DNA of 64,000 bases from Patescibacteria group bacterium (GTDB lineage Bacteria > Patescibacteriota > Minisyncoccia > Phycocordibacterales > EsbW-18). Under the pieces are notes generated by a model. That model was not told where the DNA came from. It ran no database searches and saw only the letters and a program-made list of their open reading frames with translations. A program made the translations under genes and the position numbers. The stretch covers positions 187,795 through 251,794 of the forward strand of contig JBBTTA010000001.1 of NCBI GenBank assembly GCA_038064475.1, in the 5' to 3' direction. Below are positions 1 through 7,260 of the stretch, in pieces. Within the stretch, counting starts at the first letter, position 1. Every line of letters starts with the position of its first letter.

Positions 1-1786
1 TTGTACGAACAAACTTCTTATCGTCGGTGGGAGGGTTTTTTACTTCAATATCTCCCTTCTCCGCAAACGAGTAGAGATAGAGTTCGCTGTAACCGTTCTC
101 AACCAAACAATCACGCACTTTATTCACGTAATAGAATGTTTTGTTTATCTCCGATGAAACCGAATTAGGAAGTGTTGCGGCAGGGATATTGTTGTAACCG
201 TACACACGACCAATTTCTTCGATGAGATCTTCAGTGACACGCACATCAATACGCTCAGATGGCACCGTTACAACAAAACGTTCTTCAGATGAAAGTAAGA
301 AGCGTTTGTACCCAACGATCGTCTTAAACGCAGGGCTTTCATCAAGACGCTCAACCACCACTTCCCCTTTGTGCCACAGACCTGATGCATGAATAATCTC
401 TCCATCTCCCAAGTAGATACCGCAGTGGCTCACCCCTCCTAAAACTACTGTTCCTGGCATCCATTCGCGCGAGACCTCTTGTATTGTCTTCTGTTCTACC
501 TCAACCCCGTCCGCTACTCGAGTAAACTTTGCGCTGTTTGATGCTTCTCTGCGTGAAAAAACAACATCTCCCGCTTGAAGATTTTCTTTTGAAACATCAG
601 CACCAAACACAAATTGGTCCACCGTCATGCGTGGAGTTGGTAAACCAACCTGCGCAAACAGAAAACTAACAAATGATGAACAATCAAAAGCATGCGGAGA
701 GTCAAGAAGCACACTTGCGCCGTATTTATACTTTGCACCAGCTAAACTCTTTGCTTTTTCAAGAAGTGTTGGAATTGGATCAACAACATCATGAGAAAAC
801 TGTAATCGTTTAAAAATATCTGCAATGTCTTTCTTTGTTATTGAAATACCGAGTGTTTTCTCAACTTCTTTTACAGAAACACCGAGCATGTAAGGATTTC
901 TTTTTTGGGGATAGAGATCGAACGTATCTGTCGCAATATGCCCGCTTGCATGTTGTGCGAACAGTTCAGATGCACGCTCAACGGCGCGTTCCACGAGTTC
1001 AGGTGTAATACCTTGCTCAAAACGCTTTGAGGCATCGGTGAGTAAACCAAGCGAGCGAGATGTTTTTCGCACAGACACAGGATTGAAGTTACATGCCGAG
1101 AGCACAATATGTTTTGTATTCTCATCGATGCCAGAATCTGCGCCGCCCTTCACGCCCGCAATATCAAGTGGTCCATTTTCGTCCGCAATCACTAACATGT
1201 TTTCTTTGAGCGTGTATGTTTTTCCATCGAGCGTTGTTACACTCTCTCCTTCTTTTGCGCCGCGTATCGTTATTGTTTTTGTATCTTTACCACCTGAAAT
1301 CTTGTCAAAATCAAATGTATGCACTGGCTGTCCTGTTTCAAGCATGACGTAGTTTGTAATGTCGACAATGTTGTTTATTGAGCGCTGACCTAATTTTTCA
1401 AGACGACCTTTAATAAGCTCTGGTGTTTTTCCAACAGAAACGTCCTTGATCAGCCGCACAGTTCCTCGCGGAACGAGTGTTGAATTCTCAACAGAAAACG
1501 TAATATGTTCTTGTGTGTTCACTTTCGCATCAGTTTTGTACGAGACAGGTGGTATACGAAATGTGAGTTCAAAAAGAGTTGCCACTTCACGTGCGATTCC
1601 GTGGTGTGACAAACAATCGTGTGCACGGTTTGGCAACACATCAACATCAATGATTGCATCTCCATCGGAAAGTACTTCAACGCCGTCGACTTCAAACGCA
1701 TGCATCGTCAATTTCTCCGCAATGTCGTTTGCAGACGGTAGTTTTTCTTCTATGAAATCTTGTAGCCACGAATGTAATACGTGCAT
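1..1786 (-). CDS. pheT: Phenylalanine--tRNA ligase beta subunit (runs off the window edge) with an in-frame NlpC/P60 insertion
   Basis: Manual translation from ATG at 1786: PNRAHDCLSHHGIARE, INNIVDITNYVMLETGQPVHTFD, TDASKRFE, then ERIDVRVTEDLIEEIGRVYGY. Directly follows pheS. Absent from the ORF track because it has no stop in the window. Confidence 0.95.
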   Translation of the reverse strand, partial: MHVLHSWLQDFIEEKLPSANDIAEKLTMHAFEVDGVEVLSDGDAIIDVDVLPNRAHDCLSHHGIAREVATLFELTFRIPPVSYKTDAKVNTQEHITFSVENSTLVPRGTVRLIKDVSVGKTPELIKGRLEKLGQRSINNIVDITNYVMLETGQPVHTFDFDKISGGKDTKTITIRGAKEGESVTTLDGKTYTLKENMLVIADENGPLDIAGVKGGADSGIDENTKHIVLSACNFNPVSVRKTSRSLGLLTDASKRFEQGITPELVERAVERASELFAQHASGHIATDTFDLYPQKRNPYMLGVSVKEVEKTLGISITKKDIADIFKRLQFSHDVVDPIPTLLEKAKSLAGAKYKYGASVLLDSPHAFDCSSFVSFLFAQVGLPTPRMTVDQFVFGADVSKENLQAGDVVFSRREASNSAKFTRVADGVEVEQKTIQEVSREWMPGTVVLGGVSHCGIYLGDGEIIHASGLWHKGEVVVERLDESPAFKTIVGYKRFLLSSEERFVVTVPSERIDVRVTEDLIEEIGRVYGYNNIPAATLPNSVSSEINKTFYYVNKVRDCLVENGYSELYLYSFAEKGDIEVKNPPTDDKKFVRT

Positions 1787-1789
1787 AAT

Positions 1790-2527
1790 CTAGAACTGGT
1801 TTATAAGACGAACGTCACCTGACAGAAACATGCGAATGTCGGGCACGCCATACTTCACCATTGCCAATCGCTCGATGCCGACACCAAATGCAAAACCTTT
1901 ATACTTTCGCGGATCAATACCAACATTCGAAAGCACTTTTGGATGCACCGTACCTGCGCCCATAAGTTCAATCCAGCCTGTACCTTTGCAGACACCACAG
2001 GATTCATTTTTCCCTCCACACAAGAAACACTTTGCATCTACTTCAATTGTAGGTTCAACGAATGGAAAAAATCCTGGACGCATACGAATTGTTGCAGAGC
2101 TTCCAAAAAATTCTGACAACGCTTTCTCAAGTGTTCCTTTCAGTTGTGCGAGCGTAACATCTGTATCAACGACAAGACCTTCCATTTGATGAAAGACTGC
2201 TTCGTGCCGAGCATCTGTTGCTTCGCTACGGAATGTGCGCCCCGGCACGAGAATTCTGATTGGTGGCTCATGATTTTCCATGTAGCGAATCTGTACGTTC
2301 GATGTCTGTGTGCGCAAAACTGTTTTGTCTTTATCCTTGATCCAAAACGTGTCCTGCATGTCGCGCGCAGGGTGATCTTGCGGCACGTTGAGTGCATCGA
2401 AGTTGTGATATTCGTCGTCGATTTCAGGACCCTCAGCAATAGAAAAACCCATCTTTCTCATGATGCGTTCGAAATCGCGCTGAACAATCGTGAGCGGATG
2501 GTAGTGGCCTTTGTGTTCTGCCTCCAT
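1790..2527 (-). CDS. pheS: Phenylalanine--tRNA ligase alpha subunit (short form without the N-terminal coiled coil; CxxC..CxxC insert)
   Basis: Motifs HPARDMQDTF, LRTQTS, FHQMEG, FPFVEP, GFAFGVGIERLAM. Confidence 0.97.
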   Translation of the reverse strand: MEAEHKGHYHPLTIVQRDFERIMRKMGFSIAEGPEIDDEYHNFDALNVPQDHPARDMQDTFWIKDKDKTVLRTQTSNVQIRYMENHEPPIRILVPGRTFRSEATDARHEAVFHQMEGLVVDTDVTLAQLKGTLEKALSEFFGSSATIRMRPGFFPFVEPTIEVDAKCFLCGGKNESCGVCKGTGWIELMGAGTVHPKVLSNVGIDPRKYKGFAFGVGIERLAMVKYGVPDIRMFLSGDVRLINQF

Positions 2528-2639
2528 AGAAACCTAGTATACCCTTGATTTTGAATGCCGAAAAGGATGTTTTTAGACATCGAACATGGAAGGGACTATA
2601 CTTGCGATGGATTCAAGTTCAAAAATGTAAGGGGGGGAT

Positions 2640-3074
2640 ATGTCTGTCTCTGGAGAATCACGAAGGATACACGAGAGTCGCCGCAAGCTTCCCGATACGC
2701 GGGAAAGCATCACGCACAAGTTCAAGATCGAGAACCACAAGGGGTACATCACTGTCGGTCTCTACGAGGATGGAATGCCTGGTGAGATTTTCATCGTGAT
2801 GGCGAAGGAGGGGTCCACGATTTCAGGACTCTTGGATGCGTTCGCGACTGCGGTTTCAATCGCGCTCCAGTACGGCGCGCCGCTCACCGTGCTCGCTGAC
2901 AAGTTCGTCTATTCTCGGTACGAGCCATCGGGGTATACAAAGAATCCCGACATCCCGCTCGCCCAGTCCATCGGCGACTACATTTTTCGATGGCTCATCA
3001 TTAAGTTCGGAACCGAAGAAGAGAAGGAAAATCTTCTCCCTACTCCGAAGACACTCACCGGTGAAAGCCTTTGA
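2640..3074 (+). CDS. Stand-alone TSCPD-type domain, homologous to the C-terminal region of class II ribonucleotide reductase NrdJ
   Basis: RRKLPDTRESITHKF..GYITVGLYEDG.PGEIF...KEGSTISGLLDAFA.AVSIALQYG...EPSG.T.NPDIP.A.SI.DYIFRWL. Confidence 0.8.
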   Translation: MSVSGESRRIHESRRKLPDTRESITHKFKIENHKGYITVGLYEDGMPGEIFIVMAKEGSTISGLLDAFATAVSIALQYGAPLTVLADKFVYSRYEPSGYTKNPDIPLAQSIGDYIFRWLIIKFGTEEEKENLLPTPKTLTGESL

Positions 3075-3121
3075 GGCTTTCACCCAAGAGCCCATTCTCG
3101 ACGCTAGCGTCGAAAATGGGC
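3061..3121 (+). terminator. Two hairpins at the end of the TSCPD gene
   Basis: gtgaaagcct-ttg-aggctttcac (3061-3083) and gcccattctcgacgct/agcgtcgaaaatgggc (3090-3121), followed by T-rich sequence. Confidence 0.55.
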
Positions 3122-3156
3122 TTCGTTATTTTTCTAGCTTCTTGATTCTACTTAGT

Positions 3157-3171
3157 GAGCCGCCTCCCAGA
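3157..3171 (-). repeat. Duplicate of the tRNA-Thr 3' end (att-like)
   Basis: gagccgcctcccaga is identical to 3390-3404. Confidence 0.7.
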
Positions 3172-3387
3172 ATCTTCACGGTCTGGAAGCCCACGGTTTT
3201 CCAGTACCTTCCTTCACGGGGAAACTACAGTCTTTCTTACAGAATCTGTACACCTTTTGGATATTTTGCTCCGCAAACTATCTCAAAAGGTCTTGCGAAG
3301 CTTCGCTTCTCACCCGACCCCCTTCTAGTTCGAATCTGGACAGAATGTTCCTTCCCAACTTCCAACTAAAAACTTCTAAACTTATTT

Positions 3388-3463
3388 TGGAGCCGCCTCC
3401 CAGATTCGAACTGGGGACCTTCACTTTACAAAAGTGTTGCTCTACCAACTGAGCTAAGGCGGC
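3388..3463 (-). tRNA. tRNA-Thr(UGU) with encoded CCA
   Basis: Minus strand GCCGCCTTAGCTCAGTTGGTAGAGCAACACTTTTGTAAAGTGAAGGTCCCCAGTTCGAATCTGGGAGGCGGCTCCA folds as a 76 nt cloverleaf with anticodon TGT. Confidence 0.95.
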
Positions 3464-3469
3464 GTAGTG

Positions 3470-3871
3470 CTACTCTCCTATTTTATCATCTGAAACCTCC
3501 TCTTTCTTATCCATTTCACCCTTCAAACGCTTCAAGTAGAGCGATGGGGTGGTCTGTGAATATAACATCTTTTCACCCCGTACAGAACGTACCATACGGG
3601 CGGCCACCACAACAACAAGACCCCGGGTAGTTGCGCGAAGTTGTGCCAATGCACGGCGTCCGAAATCTTCTGTGCGTGCGCCGAAGGCGCGCGCTTTCAT
3701 TGCAACATGTGCCGCAAAACGATCGTAGCGATTCTCCCACACTGGTGAATGTGCAGAGAGTGTTCGCGTGAGTCGTCCCTGTACACCAGCCGTGAGCTCG
3801 CTTTGTTTAAAAAGAAAACGAGTTGCAAGAAGTCCGAGAGCGATAATGAAGACGATAAATGCGACAGTCAT
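3470..3871 (-). CDS. Hypothetical protein with an N-terminal membrane anchor
   Basis: 133 aa ORF packed between tsf and the tRNA; hydrophobic N-terminus. Confidence 0.7.
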   Translation of the reverse strand: MTVAFIVFIIALGLLATRFLFKQSELTAGVQGRLTRTLSAHSPVWENRYDRFAAHVAMKARAFGARTEDFGRRALAQLRATTRGLVVVVAARMVRSVRGEKMLYSQTTPSLYLKRLKGEMDKKEEVSDDKIGE

Positions 3872-3874
3872 AGA

Positions 3875-4339
3875 TTAGAGCGCAAATTTCACGATGCGTC
3901 CAAGTTCTGTTCGTTCACCGAATTTTTGAACTGCACCGTCAATTAAACTACCCAACGTGCGTGATGGATCTTTGAAGAATGCTTCTTTAAGAAGTGCCTC
4001 GTTCCCCGCTGCAAGAAGTTCATCGTCTGTCGCAGCAACCTGCATAGCGATATCTTTTGCAATTTGCTGAAATTCTTCGTTGCGCGCAACGAAATCTGTT
4101 TCGCAGAGGAGTTCAACCATTGCACCCACAGCACCGTGGTTGTGAATGTATGCTTGCACCGTTCCTGAACCCAAATCGCGGCCTGCTTTCTTCGATGCAG
4201 TTAATGCCCCCTTCTCACGGAGAATATCCATAGCTTTTGTCATGTCACCATCCGCTTCCATCAATGCCTCGCGGCATACCATCATAGAGACGCCTGTAGC
4301 GTCACGGAGCTGCTTAATGTCTTGTGCAGTAACGGCCAT
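3875..4339 (-). CDS. tsf: Elongation factor Ts (short, 154 aa)
   Basis: IKQLRDATGVSMMVCREAL, ELLCETDFVARN; downstream of rpsB. Confidence 0.96.
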   Translation of the reverse strand: MAVTAQDIKQLRDATGVSMMVCREALMEADGDMTKAMDILREKGALTASKKAGRDLGSGTVQAYIHNHGAVGAMVELLCETDFVARNEEFQQIAKDIAMQVAATDDELLAAGNEALLKEAFFKDPSRTLGSLIDGAVQKFGERTELGRIVKFAL

Positions 4340-4366
4340 ACAATATGAAAATTAAAATAACAAAAC

Positions 4367-5191
4367 TTACGCTCGCGGTGCCTCGCCCGTTTGGCTACGG
4401 CCAAGGGCGCGTTCACGACGTGGAGCACGTGAATGTGGCGCATCATCGCGTGTGCGAGAACGTGGAGCTTCAGGAACCACAATCTTTGGTGCATCCTTTG
4501 CGCCTTCACGGTAGCTCTCAACCAATCGGTCAACGAAGAATGCGATGCTGTGCACACTTGCATCGTTACCAGGAATCACGTGTGCAATTTTTGAAACATC
4601 ACAGTCTGAGTTTGCAAGCGCGATGATTGGAATACGCAATGTCATTGCTTCACGCACAACATTCTTTTCGTGCTTTGGATCAACAACAAACACAGCCCCA
4701 GGGAGTGAGCGCATTGGACGGAGACCACCAAATGTTGTTTCAAGACGCTTGATGTCGCGGTCAATCATGAGACGCTCTTTCTTTGTGTACTTCACGAGTG
4801 TTCCCTTCTCACGTTCATCCATGAGTGTCATGAGTTTTTCAACGCGCTTACGAATCAAAGCAAAGTTTGAAAGCGTACCACCCACATATCGTCCTGCAAC
4901 AAATGGTTGGTCAATTGCTTCACCTGCGCGACGAATTGCGCCTTGTGCTTCGAGTTTGCCACCGACAAAGAGAATTTGTTTTCCAACTTGAGCAAGGCCT
5001 TTTACGTAGCTTTCTACATCTGCGAGTGCTTCTACGCTCTTTTCAAGATCAAAGATATCGACACCGTTTTTTGCACCGAAGATGAACTTCTGTGCTGAAG
5101 GGTGGCGACGTGCTTTCGAATAGCCGTAATGAGCTCCTGTTGCAAAGAGCTTATCAACCATTGCTTTCGTGTCGTTTGAAACTGTAGTCAT
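4367..5191 (-). CDS. rpsB: 30S ribosomal protein S2
   Basis: GAHYG, IFDLEKS, GGTLSNF, IPGNDAS. Confidence 0.97.
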   Translation of the reverse strand: MTTVSNDTKAMVDKLFATGAHYGYSKARRHPSAQKFIFGAKNGVDIFDLEKSVEALADVESYVKGLAQVGKQILFVGGKLEAQGAIRRAGEAIDQPFVAGRYVGGTLSNFALIRKRVEKLMTLMDEREKGTLVKYTKKERLMIDRDIKRLETTFGGLRPMRSLPGAVFVVDPKHEKNVVREAMTLRIPIIALANSDCDVSKIAHVIPGNDASVHSIAFFVDRLVESYREGAKDAPKIVVPEAPRSRTRDDAPHSRAPRRERALGRSQTGEAPRA

Positions 5192-5340
5192 TTGAATAAA
5201 TGGGGTTGATCCATTTTTTGGCTCCTCGGCTCGGAGATGAAAAAGTTACTTTTCCATCTCGCTCGCTCTACGTCGCCAATAAAAAGGCCCGTTTAGGGTA
5301 AAAGCACAATACCAAATTAGCGTGCTCTACGCAAGGTGCC

Positions 5341-6381
5341 TTAGGCTGCGTCCTCAGGGGTCATATCACCCGTGTATGCCGCCAAGCTGTCGATAATGCT
5401 AGGGTTTAGAAGAGTTTCTTTGAGCTTCTCGGTATTTCCACGACGTAAAAGTCCAAGGTATGACTGTGTCGTTCTAAAAGAAAACTCCTTTTCAAGTCGT
5501 CTCGACATCCTCCTTTTTGTCGTTGTCCTCAATACTCGGTGGTCAGGAAAATGTACCCATCCTAAGAAATCGACACCAGACGCAAGTGTTTTAATAAACA
5601 CTTTGTCAGGATGAGGTGCGAGTTTGAGTCGCTCTTCAAGAAAATCAGCAATTCTTGGAATCAACTCAGTAAGATAGTCTTTGTCATGAGATAGGACGAC
5701 AAAATCATCAGCGTACCGAATATAGTATTTTGCTTTGACTATGTGTTTCATCCACTGGTCGAATTCATTCATATAGATATTCACGAAAAGTTGTGAGGTG
5801 AGATTGCCTAGCGGCAGACCGACGCCGAGTCGCCCCACATAAAAACTTCCAGTAATCTCTTTGAGAAGCCCGAGTAACTCTCTGTCAAAAATATGTTTCT
5901 CTAGTATCTGTATCAGAATTTGGTGATCGACAGAAGCAAAGAACTTCCTGATGTCACACTTAAGAATCCAACATGTCCGAGTGTTATTTTTGCTCACTCT
6001 GTATCCAAATTGTTTGAATCGTTCAATTGCTTTATGTGTCCCCTTATTGAGACGACATGAATAGGAGTCCGCTATAAAACGTTTGTCGAAATAAAGATAC
6101 AGCTTTCTATAAATAGCATGGTGGAGAAGACGATCTTGGACAGTCGCCTTATGTATATTTCTTGGCTTTGGATCCGAAATGTTAAAAGCATCATAGCCTC
6201 CGTGACAATAGGTTCGTTGAGCAAGGTCGTGGTGGAGTTTCAATATGTTATCCATGAGTTTCCATTGAAAATCTTGCACGTCATTTTTTGACCGCTTCCC
6301 TTTTAAGAATTCGCGCCATGCGCCGAGAAGATTTTCGACGGAAATGATATCCTTGTAGTTATGAATGAAATTAAAAACCAT
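5341..6381 (-). CDS. DGR-type reverse transcriptase whose last residues match the RF1 C-terminus
   Basis: QDRLLHHA, SYSCRLNKGTH, LKCDIRKFFASVDH, GLPLGNLTSQLFVN (SQ motif), YIRYADDF, GVDFLG; no maturase or endonuclease domain; adjacent to Avd and TR. Confidence 0.95.
   Translation of the reverse strand: MVFNFIHNYKDIISVENLLGAWREFLKGKRSKNDVQDFQWKLMDNILKLHHDLAQRTYCHGGYDAFNISDPKPRNIHKATVQDRLLHHAIYRKLYLYFDKRFIADSYSCRLNKGTHKAIERFKQFGYRVSKNNTRTCWILKCDIRKFFASVDHQILIQILEKHIFDRELLGLLKEITGSFYVGRLGVGLPLGNLTSQLFVNIYMNEFDQWMKHIVKAKYYIRYADDFVVLSHDKDYLTELIPRIADFLEERLKLAPHPDKVFIKTLASGVDFLGWVHFPDHRVLRTTTKRRMSRRLEKEFSFRTTQSYLGLLRRGNTEKLKETLLNPSIIDSLAAYTGDMTPEDAA
5360..5399 (-). repeat. Direct repeat copy 1 (prfA 3' end, now the RT tail)
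   Basis: 40 bp identical to 8127-8166; 45 bp with 1 mismatch. Confidence 0.95.
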
Positions 6382-6390
6382 ATAATAAAG

Positions 6391-6399
6391 CCCCCCCCC
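6391..6399 (+). repeat. C9 homopolymer in the avd 5' region
   Basis: aaag-ccccccccc-tcga; removing one C joins ATG 6361 to the avd frame. Confidence 0.7.
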
Positions 6400-6412
6400 T
6401 CGATTAGTTTCA

Positions 6413-6757
6413 GTGGTTTTAAAGTTAAAAGATTGTTACGGAGTTTGGCAGCAGTACCTTCCCCACTTCCCGAAATCTCATCGTTTTACGTTAGGAAGCA
6501 AAATTGACGCTGTTTTTCTTGATGCTATCGAATCCTGTTTTTTTGCAAGCTATTCTTCCGGCCAGAAAAAAATAGATCTCGTTGATCAATCGATATCGAA
6601 GACAGATCTCACGAAGCTCCTACTCCAACTTGCTTGGGAAGTTCAGGCTCTGGATAACAATAAGTACGCGCACTTGAGCGAACTCTTAGGAGAGATTGGA
6701 AAGATGCTCGGAGGATGGAAACGACAACTCCTCAATAAAACTCCCGCCTCAAAGTAA
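6413..6757 (+). CDS. avd: DGR accessory variability determinant Avd (four-helix bundle); true start possibly ATG 6361 across the C tract
   Basis: HFPKSHRFTLGSKID...DLTKLLLQLAWE..ALDNNKYAHLSELLGEIGKMLGGW is the Avd/IVS four-helix-bundle signature; lies between RT and TR. Confidence 0.9.
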   Translation: MVLKLKDCYGVWQQYLPHFPKSHRFTLGSKIDAVFLDAIESCFFASYSSGQKKIDLVDQSISKTDLTKLLLQLAWEVQALDNNKYAHLSELLGEIGKMLGGWKRQLLNKTPASK

Positions 6758-6778
6758 AGCGGGAGAACCGATGAAAGT

Positions 6779-6908
6779 GGCGAACGGCCAGGAACCGACA
6801 GGTGTCGTTCCAGTCGTCGTCCCGCCAGTTGAGGTTGAGGTTCCGCTTCGCGTCGTTCCTATTGAGGTACGGGACGTTGCGGTTGCCATTGACCAATCCG
6901 ACGGAGCC
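6779..6908 (-). ncRNA. DGR template repeat (TR)
   Basis: Aligns to 7284-7416 with 22 substitutions, all at TR adenines on the minus strand, plus one 3 nt indel; rich in AAC/GAC codons. Confidence 0.95.
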
Positions 6909-7151
6909 ATGTACGACGTGCCATCAGTACCACCACCCCTTGAACCACGTATCAATCGTAACAAAGTTTTTGGAGTTGTATCGTATTCGCGATCTTAAAA
7001 TATCGCAGAGCACATCGCACCAACTTTCTCTGGTTTTTATTCAGGACTCGGAAACACTCTTTCGACAGCCGTGACCGTCAAAACTCTCGCTCCCGAGCGT
7101 GCGAACAAACTATCTAAAGCCGTGACCGTAGATTTTTCGTCTGTTAGTTAC

Positions 7152-7157
7152 ATTATA
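7152..7157 (-). promoter_or_regulatory. Putative -10 box (TATAAT) for the TR/RT transcript
   Basis: Minus-strand TATAAT just past the target terminator and upstream of TR; no clear -35. Confidence 0.45.
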
Positions 7158-7158
7158 C

Positions 7159-7199
7159 AAAAACGAAAGCCCGGCGCCACCTTGGTAGGTTGCGCCGGG
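7159..7199 (-). terminator. Hairpin downstream of the DGR target (terminator and/or DGR stem-loop)
   Basis: cccggcgc-cacct-tggt-aggtt-gcgccggg followed on the minus strand by ctttcgttttt. Confidence 0.65.
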
Positions 7200-7260
7200 A
7201 AGGTCCAAGACCAGAGTGCTCTACGCCTGAAGGCGTTGCAAAGGGTCAAAAACCAGAGAA

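Noticed and set aside
2836-3369. 177 aa plus-strand ORF
   Set aside because: Overlaps the TSCPD gene out of frame and runs through hairpins and the tRNA-derived repeat; no recognisable motifs
1790-4339. Short PheS and EF-Ts as pseudogenes
   Set aside because: Catalytic motifs are intact and the frames uninterrupted; consistent with streamlined CPR forms
5200-5300. Hairpin gagatgaaaaag-tta-cttttccatctc upstream of rpsB as an S2 autoregulatory leader
   Set aside because: The structure is real, but I cannot match it to a known leader from sequence alone; needs an Rfam/Infernal search
5341-6381. RT as a group II intron, retron or CRISPR-associated RT
   Set aside because: No maturase/endonuclease domain or cas genes; the SQ motif, Avd and an adenine-specific TR/VR pair identify a DGR
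6696-7074. ORFs overlapping TR (6696-6998, 6749-6964, 6802-7074)
   Set aside because: Shadow frames of the stop-poor TR; the similarity of 6696-6998 to 7363-8007 only reflects TR/VR homology
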